A DNA stretch of 42,786 nt from Craspedostauros australis (Eukaryota), in NCBI GenBank assembly GCA_030167865.1, contig JALAGF010001806.1:1-42786 (forward strand), in the 5' to 3' direction. Positions 33,854-42,786 of the stretch are shown here, one piece after another. A program made the position numbers and the translations under genes. A model generated the notes under the pieces. It did not search any database. It worked only from the letters and a program-made list of their open reading frames with translations, and was not told where the DNA came from. The first letter of the stretch is position 1, and every line of letters starts with the position of its first letter.

Positions 33854-34517
33854 GACTTGGTTATCGCGCTCTGCTGTACTCTACCACATCTGTGCTACCT
33901 TCTCCCACTCGATGCTTAGATCGTACATTGGCGCCGTGTCTGCAGCAGAGCCTTCCTCTGCGTCATCGGTTCACGGAAGCGGCCACCTGTTGATGATACT
34001 CGTGGAGTACTCTTGTTTGTATCATGCATACGTACGTCGTGTTCTGTCGGATGTCCTGGTATGGTACCATACTAGTACATACCGAACAGCAGACAGTGAT
34101 GAAAATGATCACTATTGTAGTTGTCTAGCTTCGACGTAGACTCAATGCTCAAAGTTAGTCCAATGGATCAATCGTATCTGTGGAAATCAATAATTTCAGT
34201 ATTCATTCGTGAGATTCCGTATTCAATATGAATGGAACACGACACCACACTTTATCGCTTATCTCGTTACTACGAAAACTGGTCAGATGGTCAGGCGACT
34301 CTTGACCTGACTGGTTTTCTCAGGTCTCCAACCCAACAACCGCAACAACAGTGGCAAAACCGAAACCAGCATCAACACAGGCAGCCCTGACCTTGATCTC
34401 ACGTCCAGCTCCCCAACATCCGCATCTCTCCTGACCCTTTGCTCTTGCATCCTCTGTCGGCGTATCGTTCCGCATCCCTCCTCGGACATCAAGAAGAAGA
34501 AAAGAAAAACAGGCACC

Positions 34518-35457
34518 ATGGCACCAGCGCAATCCGTCCAAGTCTTCGGAAAGTGAGTTACGGCGGAAGCAACAGTGAAGTGAAGGCGCTGAGCGTGGTG
34601 GAGTTGGGGCTGGTTTTGGAAGCAGCCGATGGCTGTGGGTGTAGGTGGAGTAGAGTTGTGTCGGCAGAGTGGATTGAAGACGCCCCCAGAGCCAACAGGG
34701 CCCACCAGGATTGAAGTCATGATCGTCACTTGACGAGACATGATGTACTCCATCACGAGACAGCGTCATCTTGACGAGGAGGGCCATGCTGGGGAGGCCT
34801 GCACCCGCCTCCCCAGTTGCTGGTAGCCGGTTGTGACGAGCCAAAGGTCAAGCAGCAGACGCACCGTTCAGCACCCAGCCACCCACCCACACAAATGCAC
34901 GCAGACACGTGCGCGGACCTGTGGTCCACAATGCAAGATCTTCTCCTGGTCCATCACTCGTGCGCTAACCATGAACACTGTTCTTGCCGCTTTTCGTGAT
35001 TCCCCATCCCCTGTTCATCCATCCATCCGTCTCTACGTTGAATCGATTGTGAAATCTCAGGAAGAAGACCGCCACAGCCGTCGCTTTCGCCAAGCAGGGC
35101 CGCGGCCTCATCAAGGTCAATGGACAACCAATTGAGAACATCCAGCCAGAGGTCCTCCGCCTGAAGGTCTTCGAGCCAGTCCTGATCCTCGGACAGGACA
35201 AGTTCTCCAACCTCGACATCCGCATCCGAGTGAAGGGAGGAGGTATCACAGCGCAGATCTACGCCATCCGCTCTGCCATCGCCAAGTCAATTGTCGCATA
35301 CTACGCCAAGTACGTCGACGAGAGCTCCAAGAACGAGCTCCGAAAGACACTCACTGAATACGACAGAAATCTGCTTGTCTCCGACCCACGCCGATGTGAG
35401 CCAAAGAAGTACGGTGGACCATCCGCCCGTTCCCGATACCAGAAATCGTACCGTTAA
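34518..35457 (+). CDS. RPS16: 40S ribosomal protein S16 (uS9), 143 aa, 2 exons
   Basis: Exon 1 34518-34552 ([11 protein letters not shown]) and exon 2 35061-35457 ([50 protein letters not shown]), with intron GTGAGT..CAG of 508 bp. Confidence 0.97.
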
Positions 35458-36049
35458 ATTCCTATTAGCGAGACAAGAAAACAGAGTCTGTGGCAACCAC
35501 CCTCGTGTGGAGCATGAACAAGACACCAGTGGCCAGCATCGATATCTTGTTCTATCCAGTTATGCGCACCGTACAGACACCGCAGAACGCCGTCGGCGCC
35601 ATCAACGGCACATCCGCTCGGCTGTCGGCTTGCTCTTAGTTGCCTCTCTACGACCTAGAGAGACAGAAGGGATCCAACTGTGCTCTGTTTGCTGTTGCAC
35701 CAACTCAGGCTCGTGCTAATACGAATAGATCACCAACAGCAGTTCCTCCAACTCCACCCTTGTCACACTCGCCAGACGAAGTCATCGTTCCTCATTGCGC
35801 AGCATCGTCAACACCATCTGCATCTGTGTGTGCGTTTGTGTGTTTTCGTGATGTCAACCAAATCACTTCCATGAAACGTGGATGGAAGAACGCGGAGACA
35901 GCGTATCTTGCCACTTCCTCGCAGATCAACACATCCCCAGAGTTCTGGCTGTTTGCAACCACACAATCAATCAACGCAAGAGACAACACACAGTCCTCGC
36001 AACATCCCAGCAACGACTTTCACTGGACTGGACTGGACTGCCAATACAA

Positions 36050-37532
36050 ATGCAAGTACAAGGAGAGCACACCGTTCTATACAACTCCACAACAAATCAC
36101 CCATACGAAGACGCCTACTATCGCCTACCATACCCAACGATGATGCGATGGCTCGCACAGGAAGGCCCCCAAGCAGCCAAGCACTTGGATCATGCGCATC
36201 CCGTCGCTGTCTTCTTGCTCCACTACTCCATCGTTATCACAGCAACCATCCTGGCGCATGATGCAATGATGTCGATGTACGGGGACAATGCGCACACCAA
36301 CTTCAACACAAATTCACGCATGTCCGACGAATGTGACGGCAGCCAAGACGACGCGACTATGCGACAGGTGTCCAACTTCTTCGGCATGTATTGTCTGTTC
36401 TTGTTCGCCTGGAGGCTACGGCTGCACCACACGCATCCCAAACTACGTTGGCATCGACACGCCATTTGGTACGAATTCACATGGCTGTGCAACGTCACGT
36501 TGGTGCTATCCTGCATCTCGCTGGCGATCGGTCGTCCCGCCATAGCCACGGCGCTTTGCGTGACGGTCGGGATCGATCAGCTCTTGTGGTACATCGATTT
36601 ATTGGTTTACTTTCTTTGGTACGTTCCGACTTCATGCTGAGGCCACAGAGCAAAAGTCCTATGATGCACGAAGATGCCTCGGGCTCGTTGGCAATACTGC
36701 AAATAATTTTGTACTTGTGTGAGGGTTGAGAATCAATACAAGCATGCAATCCAAACATCCACCCGCAACAACCCACCGACCAATCCACCAACCATTTTCC
36801 TTCGCTTTCCTCCTTTGTGATCTTCTTCTCCTCGCATCATGTCTATTCAGCGGCAAGTTCCCTATCGGCGTCTCGAAGTACCTTTTCTGGCCAGAGACGA
36901 CTTGGCAGACACACGTAACCTGTAAGTGGATGCGCACGAGTATGATGCTATCATGGTTGGAGCCTGGTGGTGAACCATGTGCAACACCTCTTCCATCACT
37001 CCTTTTGGGACATGCGCTTGCATTCACTCCTCACTTCTGGTTGCATAACTTCGATTCACCTCACGCTGTACATGCACGTCATTTCTTGATGTCCTCGCGA
37101 TCCGACGGCATGTATTCCAACATGCGATTATACTGCAACGCAATGTCACGCCAAACAGGCACGCACCATCTATGGACCATCCCGATCATATTATGGACCT
37201 GCGGCCGAGTTCACGTCGTATCCTGGAGTCTCTCCTTCCTCGTCATGACTCTCAATGTGGTACTGTCGCGTTGGTTGACGCCCTTCTACGTGACGCACCC
37301 GAAAACCGACTACATCACCGACGGCAGTGCTCAGGCGACGAAATACCTCAACGTCAATCTATCCCACGAACTGTGGAAGGACATCACATTTTCGTTCCTT
37401 CAGATCAATCATGGGAATCCAAACGCTGAGGCCTACCTGTTCCGATTGCTGTGGAGATGGCAGGGCTTGAATACGATCGTATTCATCGTTCTGCACGTTG
37501 CCGGATTATGGATCCAACATTCTCGGTGCTGA
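36050..37532 (+). CDS. Multi-pass membrane protein, possibly of the TMEM164/YwaF (AIG1/ADTRP-related) clan, about 337 aa, 3 exons
   Basis: Exons 36050-36618, 36851-36921 and 37159-37532; introns GTACGT..CAG (232 bp) and GTAAGT..CAG (237 bp). Motifs are YEFTWLCNVTL, IDQLLWYID, GKFPIGVSKYL, THHLWTIP and YLNVNL. The start codon is uncertain (36050 or 36140/36143). Confidence 0.7.
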
Positions 37533-38598
37533 ACGGTTCAGTATCAATGTGTGTCTGCTTGGATGAACAAAACCGGCTCTGCAGAGCAGAAGCAACCCCG
37601 AAGTGCACTGCTACACCCACCACATGTGTATACTATGCACTCCTTGCATCAGTGTGGCGCTGTGTTGCGATACACTGTGAATGTACGGATCATAGATCAA
37701 CTGTGCGTATCTGCTCTATTCTATGCACATCTGCTAGATTCATACGCTGCTGAATGAGAATAGAGATAGAGTAGAGAGTGCGACGGGTATAGAGAGTGGA
37801 ACAGTCTTTTTGGCTTCAGTTCTCGAAGAGCACTGGCATCGCGCTCCATCCCCAAATGCGTCTGTGCATAGCTACAAGCTACACACACCATGAGCAACAC
37901 CACAATTGTGGTAAATATGAGGTCGGGATCGCTCCACGAATACGAGCCACCAACTACTCGTGCCGCGCACCCGTTGTCGAAAAAATGGCGCGCTTGGTGG
38001 GCGCGTGTTTCGTCTCTCGCTTTGTGCAGCTTTCGTGAAGGGCCTCCTTGGGCCACTTTTGGGAAACGACATTGCAACCAGAAGGCAGAATGCGCTGTTT
38101 TGCTTGGTCCAGACGCCGCAAACGAGAACCCTCCTGCTGTTCCGTTTCGTCAAAAGACATCGTCACCGTGACGAACAAAACCATCGTTCCGGGAAACAAA
38201 CGGTTGGGTGGCAGAGCCTCTCTCTCTCTGTGTGTGACGAAACCGCCACGATCAGCGATGGTGGTGGAGGCGTGGCGGGAATGCACAAGCGGGAAGACGG
38301 GAGAAGGTCTTCGTCCTGGAACAGAAGAACAACGACCACAACCACATCACCGCAACAACGCCGATCTCTCTCTCTCTCTGGGACTCCCGCAAGTGCACAA
38401 AGGCGGCGAGATCACAACAACAACTTCAGCGACCTCATCAGCGCCAGCATCAGCTCCACAACTGTCATCTGCAGAACAACGATTCACAGCCGACGCACAA
38501 GTGCAAGAGTCATCTAGTACGACAGAGTATAATATAATAATAGCATAGAGTACTCCATTGGAGCATACTCCATCATATTATATTGTACTGAACTCTGC

Positions 38599-40451
38599 AT
38601 GAGCAGCAACGAGAGAGATCAAGAACCAACGAAGAAGATGCCCGCCCAAGGCGAAACAACCAGCCTCCTCGGCACCAATCCAGATGTGAGGGCGAAGCTG
38701 CCACTGCCTCTGTCGCTGTCGCCGGCGTCTTCACCCCCTTCTTCAGCATCGACATCGTCGTCTGCTTCCTCAGGTGGTTCTTCTTTATCAATGGGCGATC
38801 CTTCCCCGGTTGCCAACAGACGAAGGAGCCGTGGCGCTCTCTGCTGCGCCGAGGGCATCAAGAGGCGTCGTGCACTGCTCGTCCTTGCGGCTCTATCGCT
38901 GCTGCTCCTGTTCCTGGTAGTCCACCATTGCGCCAAATGGTACAAAGCAAAGCAGGTTCACGAGAATCCACACCTTTCACAAGATGAGATCATGAAGGAG
39001 CAGAATTCAGGTCCGTACCGGCTGGTGGAACGCCAATACGGTGACGATTTCTTTCAATTCTACGACTTCCACGACGGCCCGGATTCGGAAGGATCTGCAG
39101 GGTACAACGTGTACGTCGGCAAGGAGCGAGCCATGGAACTGGGCATCGCCAAGGTCGTCAAGGATGATCAGACCGGCGAACAGTTCGTGCACATGTCATC
39201 CACGCCAACCAACGACGGACCCAGAGAGTCCGTGCGTTTGGAAGGCAAGAGGCGGTACCACGATGGCCTCTTCATCCTGGATCTGCGCCACATGCCAGCA
39301 GGCTGCGGACTTTGGCCAGCGTTCTGGCTGACGGACGGAGAGAATTGGCCCAACAATGGAGAAATCGACATCGTGGAGGGGATTAACGATCAAACCATCG
39401 CGAGGACCGCGATGCACTCGTCCGATCGCTGTGATATGTTCGGGCACGTGCCGCCCACCGAAAAGACTGGGTATTGGGTGAGTTCATTGCTGTACTCCTT
39501 ATTGCGGCATTGTCATGTTGCTCTACGGATACGGATACGGATACGATTGCATTCCAGAAGGTCGATTGCAGATTGAAGTACTTTGATGAAGTGTGAAGCT
39601 TGAAGGTTGTATTCCATTCACATCGCATCACGCAATGCCATCTCTTCTTGTTTTCATTCCATCGCAAAATGCGTGGTCTCCAAACTCTGCCTTGCCCACA
39701 TCGTCGTGCTCTAACTCCTTTCCTCCTCTACATTCAAACGTGCCCAATGGTCCTTCTCCACACTCCTCGTATCATATGTACTGCCACGTTCCTGCCATGC
39801 CACGAATCCCTGCGTGCGTTCCAACAGGACACTGCCACAGGCATTCCAGATAGTTTCACGGGCGAGCCAAACTTCGATATCAAAGTCGACTCGGACAATT
39901 GCTACGCGTATGCGTCTCACCAATGGGTCAATCAAGGGTGCGTACAAATCAGCGAGAAGGACGATACCAGTGGCGAGCCACTAAATGCCAAAGGCGGCGG
40001 TGTCTACGCGCTGGAGTGGGACCCAGTCAACCTGCGCATTCGATCCTGGGTGTTCCCATTCGAAGACGGGCACAACGTTGACTACGATGGTCACGCAGGC
40101 CTCCCCAGCAACCTGGTGGAAGTCCTTTCAACCGTCAACAAATCAGACGGTTCGAGCGCCGTGATACCCGACACAGACACGTGGGGCCTTCCATATGCGT
40201 ACTTCGCTGTCGGTCCGACGACTGGATGCTTCAGCGACCACTTCCAGAACATGCAGCTCGTCTTCAACCTCGCATTTTGCGGGTCGGTCAGTGGGAACAA
40301 GTTCTTCCAAGACTGCCCAGCACAGGCGAAGCAATTCAATGTCAACAGCGATCCGATCCAAACGTGCAACGCGTGGATCACATCCGATCCCGAAGAGTTG
40401 AAGGAGGCATACTGGAAGGTGGGTGGTGTGTATGTGTACGAGCGATCGTAG
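38599..40451 (+). CDS. Glycoside hydrolase family 16 endo-beta-1,3(4)-glucanase (Lam16A-like), type II membrane-anchored, about 500 aa, 2 exons
   Basis: Exons 38599-39477 and 39828-40451 (intron GTGAGT..CAG, 350 bp). Motifs are RESVRLE, HMPAGCGLWPAFW, WPNNGEIDIVEGIN (catalytic ExDxxE at 39361-39378), GGGVYALEW, WGLPYAYF and VFNLAFCG. A single TM segment follows the basic KRRR. Confidence 0.92.
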
Positions 40452-40867
40452 ACGAAACAGTGACCACAACAATGAGGACAGCACAACAGCATTCACCTTG
40501 CCTCATCTCATCTCCAAACAGAACGCTACACCACGTTTGACGAGACAGTGGTTTGCATGGCCCCTTCCTGACATCAGCCTTTTAAGCCAGGTGGCGATCA
40601 GCAGGGATTCCGCCAATTGGCATGGCACGACCTTCCATTGTCTCAGGAGAGGTTTGTAGGAGTTCCATCATTTCATGAACATCAATAATACACAAGTCAT
40701 ACATTCTAACATCATGTATACTCGACTCATGTATTATCCGAGAGAATACAATATGTCTGAAGCATTATCAGACAAGATTATGCTTCTTCACCCGCGTGAG
40801 GGCCCTCTGCATCAAGCGCGCCCACCTCGAATAGCTCGTCGAGCAGAACACTTGGATGAGCGTGCTT

Positions 40868-41947
40868 TCATGAGTATCCAAAGCTCTGCCGCGTCAACCG
40901 CTTTGGTTTCCTCCTGCGTTGCCGTTTCTGCCTGGAATTAGAGGCACTTCCCTTGCCTTCGCTGTCGCTGTTGCCATCGCCACCACTACCCTTCTCCTTG
41001 CCTTCTTCATCTTGAAAATACTCATTGAGCATCTTGTCCATCTCCGTATCGCGGCCGGTACGGTATCCAGCCATGAATTCCTTCAAACTCTCTGTCGAAA
41101 GCTTTATCGCTTCGGCGGCCACCGCACGAAGGTCTTCCATGGTGGCGATGCCGGTAGCTTTCTTGGCTTGTTCCATCGCCTCGGAGGCCATCTCCTTGGT
41201 CTCCTGCAGATTCTCCTTGAGCTTGGTGTGCTTCGCCAGATTTTCGGCCATTCCGCCTTGATTCTCCATGTTCTTTTCATCCTCGGAGGTGTCATCGTCT
41301 TTGATTTCATGATCTTCGCCTTGCGTCTCAGCCGTCTCCTGTTTCTTTTCATTGTAATCCCACGTATCCTTGTAGATCACCCAGGCCTCCTTCCAGACCG
41401 CCCAGTACTCCGCAACAGATCTCCAAGGTCGAACCTTCTGCGTCTTCTTCCATCGCTGGTATTCCGGATCGTACACCTGTCTCGGTAAGATAACGTGCCA
41501 CGGCGGCGGGGGCTTGGCATCAGCGGCATCCAGATGATCGTCTCCGGCTTTACCCTTTGCCTGCATCGTGTGCCGCAGGCGGTTGCGTTCGCGTCGTCGA
41601 CGTTGCCTCGCCCTGCCCGTGGCCGATGGGAACCTGGGGAACGACTTCTTCAACAGCGCCGCTGCTTCCTCCAATGGATCTGCTTGCTTTTCTTCCGGAG
41701 GTCCTGACGATGGCGGCTGCGGCGGCACCAGAGACGAAGAAGGAGCAGAAGAGGACGATGATGACAGCAGCCTTGGCCCACCTGCAAACTCGCAGTGATG
41801 AGAGCTTGCCATCATGGCCGCATTCCCCACCGAATCAGTTTGGATCGCCATGGGCCGAATCGCCCGTCGCGCATTGCGAATTGCAGGGTGGATGAGGGAG
41901 CAACCACCCACCAGCACTCTCGATTGATGCATCGTCGTACGGAGCAT
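40868..41947 (-). CDS. Probable mitochondrial coiled-coil protein, EMB2735-like, about 359 aa
   Basis: The likely start MLRTTMHQSR.. (41947) is Arg/Ser-rich like a mitochondrial presequence. VILPRQVYDP..YWAVWKEAWVIYKDTW and SLKEFMAGYRTG resemble recalled plant EMB2735 blocks. The ORF stays open up to 42385. Confidence 0.55.
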   Translation of the reverse strand: MLRTTMHQSRVLVGGCSLIHPAIRNARRAIRPMAIQTDSVGNAAMMASSHHCEFAGGPRLLSSSSSSAPSSSLVPPQPPSSGPPEEKQADPLEEAAALLKKSFPRFPSATGRARQRRRRERNRLRHTMQAKGKAGDDHLDAADAKPPPPWHVILPRQVYDPEYQRWKKTQKVRPWRSVAEYWAVWKEAWVIYKDTWDYNEKKQETAETQGEDHEIKDDDTSEDEKNMENQGGMAENLAKHTKLKENLQETKEMASEAMEQAKKATGIATMEDLRAVAAEAIKLSTESLKEFMAGYRTGRDTEMDKMLNEYFQDEEGKEKGSGGDGNSDSEGKGSASNSRQKRQRRRKPKRLTRQSFGYS

Positions 41948-42252
41948 GATGAATGCCAACGATGTCACTCTTCCGATCAATTCTCCTTCGTGGACCCTCG
42001 CTCGAGAGGAGATGGCCGTGTTGCCAAAGCACCAACACAAGATGCGGAACTTCTGTGATTGGGTTTGGGGTTGATCGGGTGTCGGCGACCAATCAACCAC
42101 CAAGGCACCAGAAATCATCACCCCAATCGGTCCTTGTTGATTTGGCGTTAAGTAAACGTTATATCTGATCGGTTGAAGAATCCACGATTCGAGGAACCGT
42201 TGAGTCCGAAGACCGCTTCGGCCACCAAATAGAGAGGTTTCGCATTGTTGAA

Positions 42253-42418
42253 ATTTCCATCGAGAGAGTCCCGCGAGGGAGTCATAACCTGATAGAGACA
42301 TTTTTCTGGGGGTGGCGAGAAAATCACCCCCTCGCTCGATGGAAGTGATTTCCATTCGTGCTGCACGAATGGAAATCATTTCCATCGAGAGAGTGTCATT
42401 TCCATCGGGAGAGTCCCG
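42253..42418. repeat. 27-bp inverted repeat (1 mismatch, 1-nt spacer) flanked by a 21-bp direct repeat
   Basis: Arms 42335-42361 CTCGATGGAAGTGATTTCCATTCGTGC and 42363-42389 GCACGAATGGAAATCATTTCCATCGAG. Direct repeats ATTTCCATCG(A/G)GAGAGTCCCG lie at 42253-42273 and 42398-42418. Confidence 0.9.
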
Positions 42419-42786
42419 GCAAAAGTATCACTTCCACGCGGAGATATACATTCATCCAATCAGAGAACTGATATTGATGTCTACAAACGCATTATTCTCT
42501 AGTCGATTTCTTGCTTCGAAAACAATCTAGTACTAGTATTGTCGTAGCTCACAACAGATTTGACAAACATATCCATGCTATCATCAAATTAGAGGATAAC
42601 ATCAGCCATTACAATATTACTTTGCCAAAATCTCCATTTATTGTCCGCCAAAGACTTCCAGGTCTAAAATGTCTAGATTCTAATCAAAGTGGAATCTGAT
42701 GTGTGACTAGATGGACTACTTTCAGTCCTTCCAAGAACCAGAAATTCTTGAGAACTCTTGTTGGCACCATGTCGCATGTGACATGG

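Noticed and set aside
34095..34190. GTGATGA (C-box-like) upstream of RPS16, suggesting a C/D snoRNA
   Set aside because: There is no CTGA D box at a suitable distance and no terminal stem.
40555..40565. GCATGGCCCCT resembling part of U6 snRNA
   Set aside because: The match is only 11 nt, with no ACAGAGA box or rest of U6.
41948..42385. 146-codon upstream extension of the EMB2735-like ORF, starting inside the palindrome
   Set aside because: The extension looks like translated promoter or repeat sequence, and the mirrored MEMISIRAARMEI peptide on both strands is just a consequence of the palindrome. The downstream ATG gives a plausible presequence. Not excluded without transcript data.
42420..42786. 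AT-richer tail with several CTAG, possibly a Helitron or LTR end
   Set aside because: No hairpin lies at the expected distance from a CTRR end, and no TIR, TSD or transposase coding sequence is visible in the window.
1..42786. CRISPR arrays, rRNA, telomeric repeats, prokaryotic operons or defence systems
   Set aside because: There is no regularly spaced repeat-spacer pattern, rRNA-like sequence or TTAGGG array, and the genes are intron-containing eukaryotic housekeeping genes. Other short tandem runs (e.g. about 10929-10960, 11040-11065, 36022-36040, 39526-39546) are ordinary microsatellites.

Overview
This is a gene-dense, roughly 50% GC eukaryotic nuclear window, most likely from a diatom. 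That assignment rests on a bipartite signal + Phe-transit plastid-targeting presequence, GT-AG introns and the gene content; the species cannot be determined from the sequence. I can build 13 protein-coding gene models by hand, with 13 canonical introns of 163-508 bp that all restore the reading frame: a TopBP1/Rad4-like 4-BRCT protein, an uncharacterised plastid-targeted repeat protein, an uncharacterised multi-pass membrane protein, KTI12, a PHPT1/Janus phosphohistidine phosphatase, a LIN54/tesmin CXC protein, a 2662-aa ROD/KNTC1-like protein, CPSF160, PP5, ribosomal protein S16 (uS9), a TMEM164/YwaF-like membrane protein, a membrane-anchored GH16 beta-glucanase and an EMB2735-like protein. 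There is also one tRNA-Glu(TTC). I see no rRNA, CRISPR array or coding transposable element. The best leads are: (1) a head-to-head LIN54/ROD pair whose shared promoter carries CDE/CHR-like and MSA-like elements, plus an E2F site before the TopBP1-like gene, which could indicate a DREAM/MuvB-type circuit; (2) a 27-bp near-perfect palindrome in a cluster of iterated TTCCAT motifs near the right end; (3) a structured, oversized RPS16 intron; (4) a dileucine-tagged, possibly vacuolar GH16; (5) a candidate Cys/His membrane acyltransferase. All homology calls come from recalled motifs, not from database searches.
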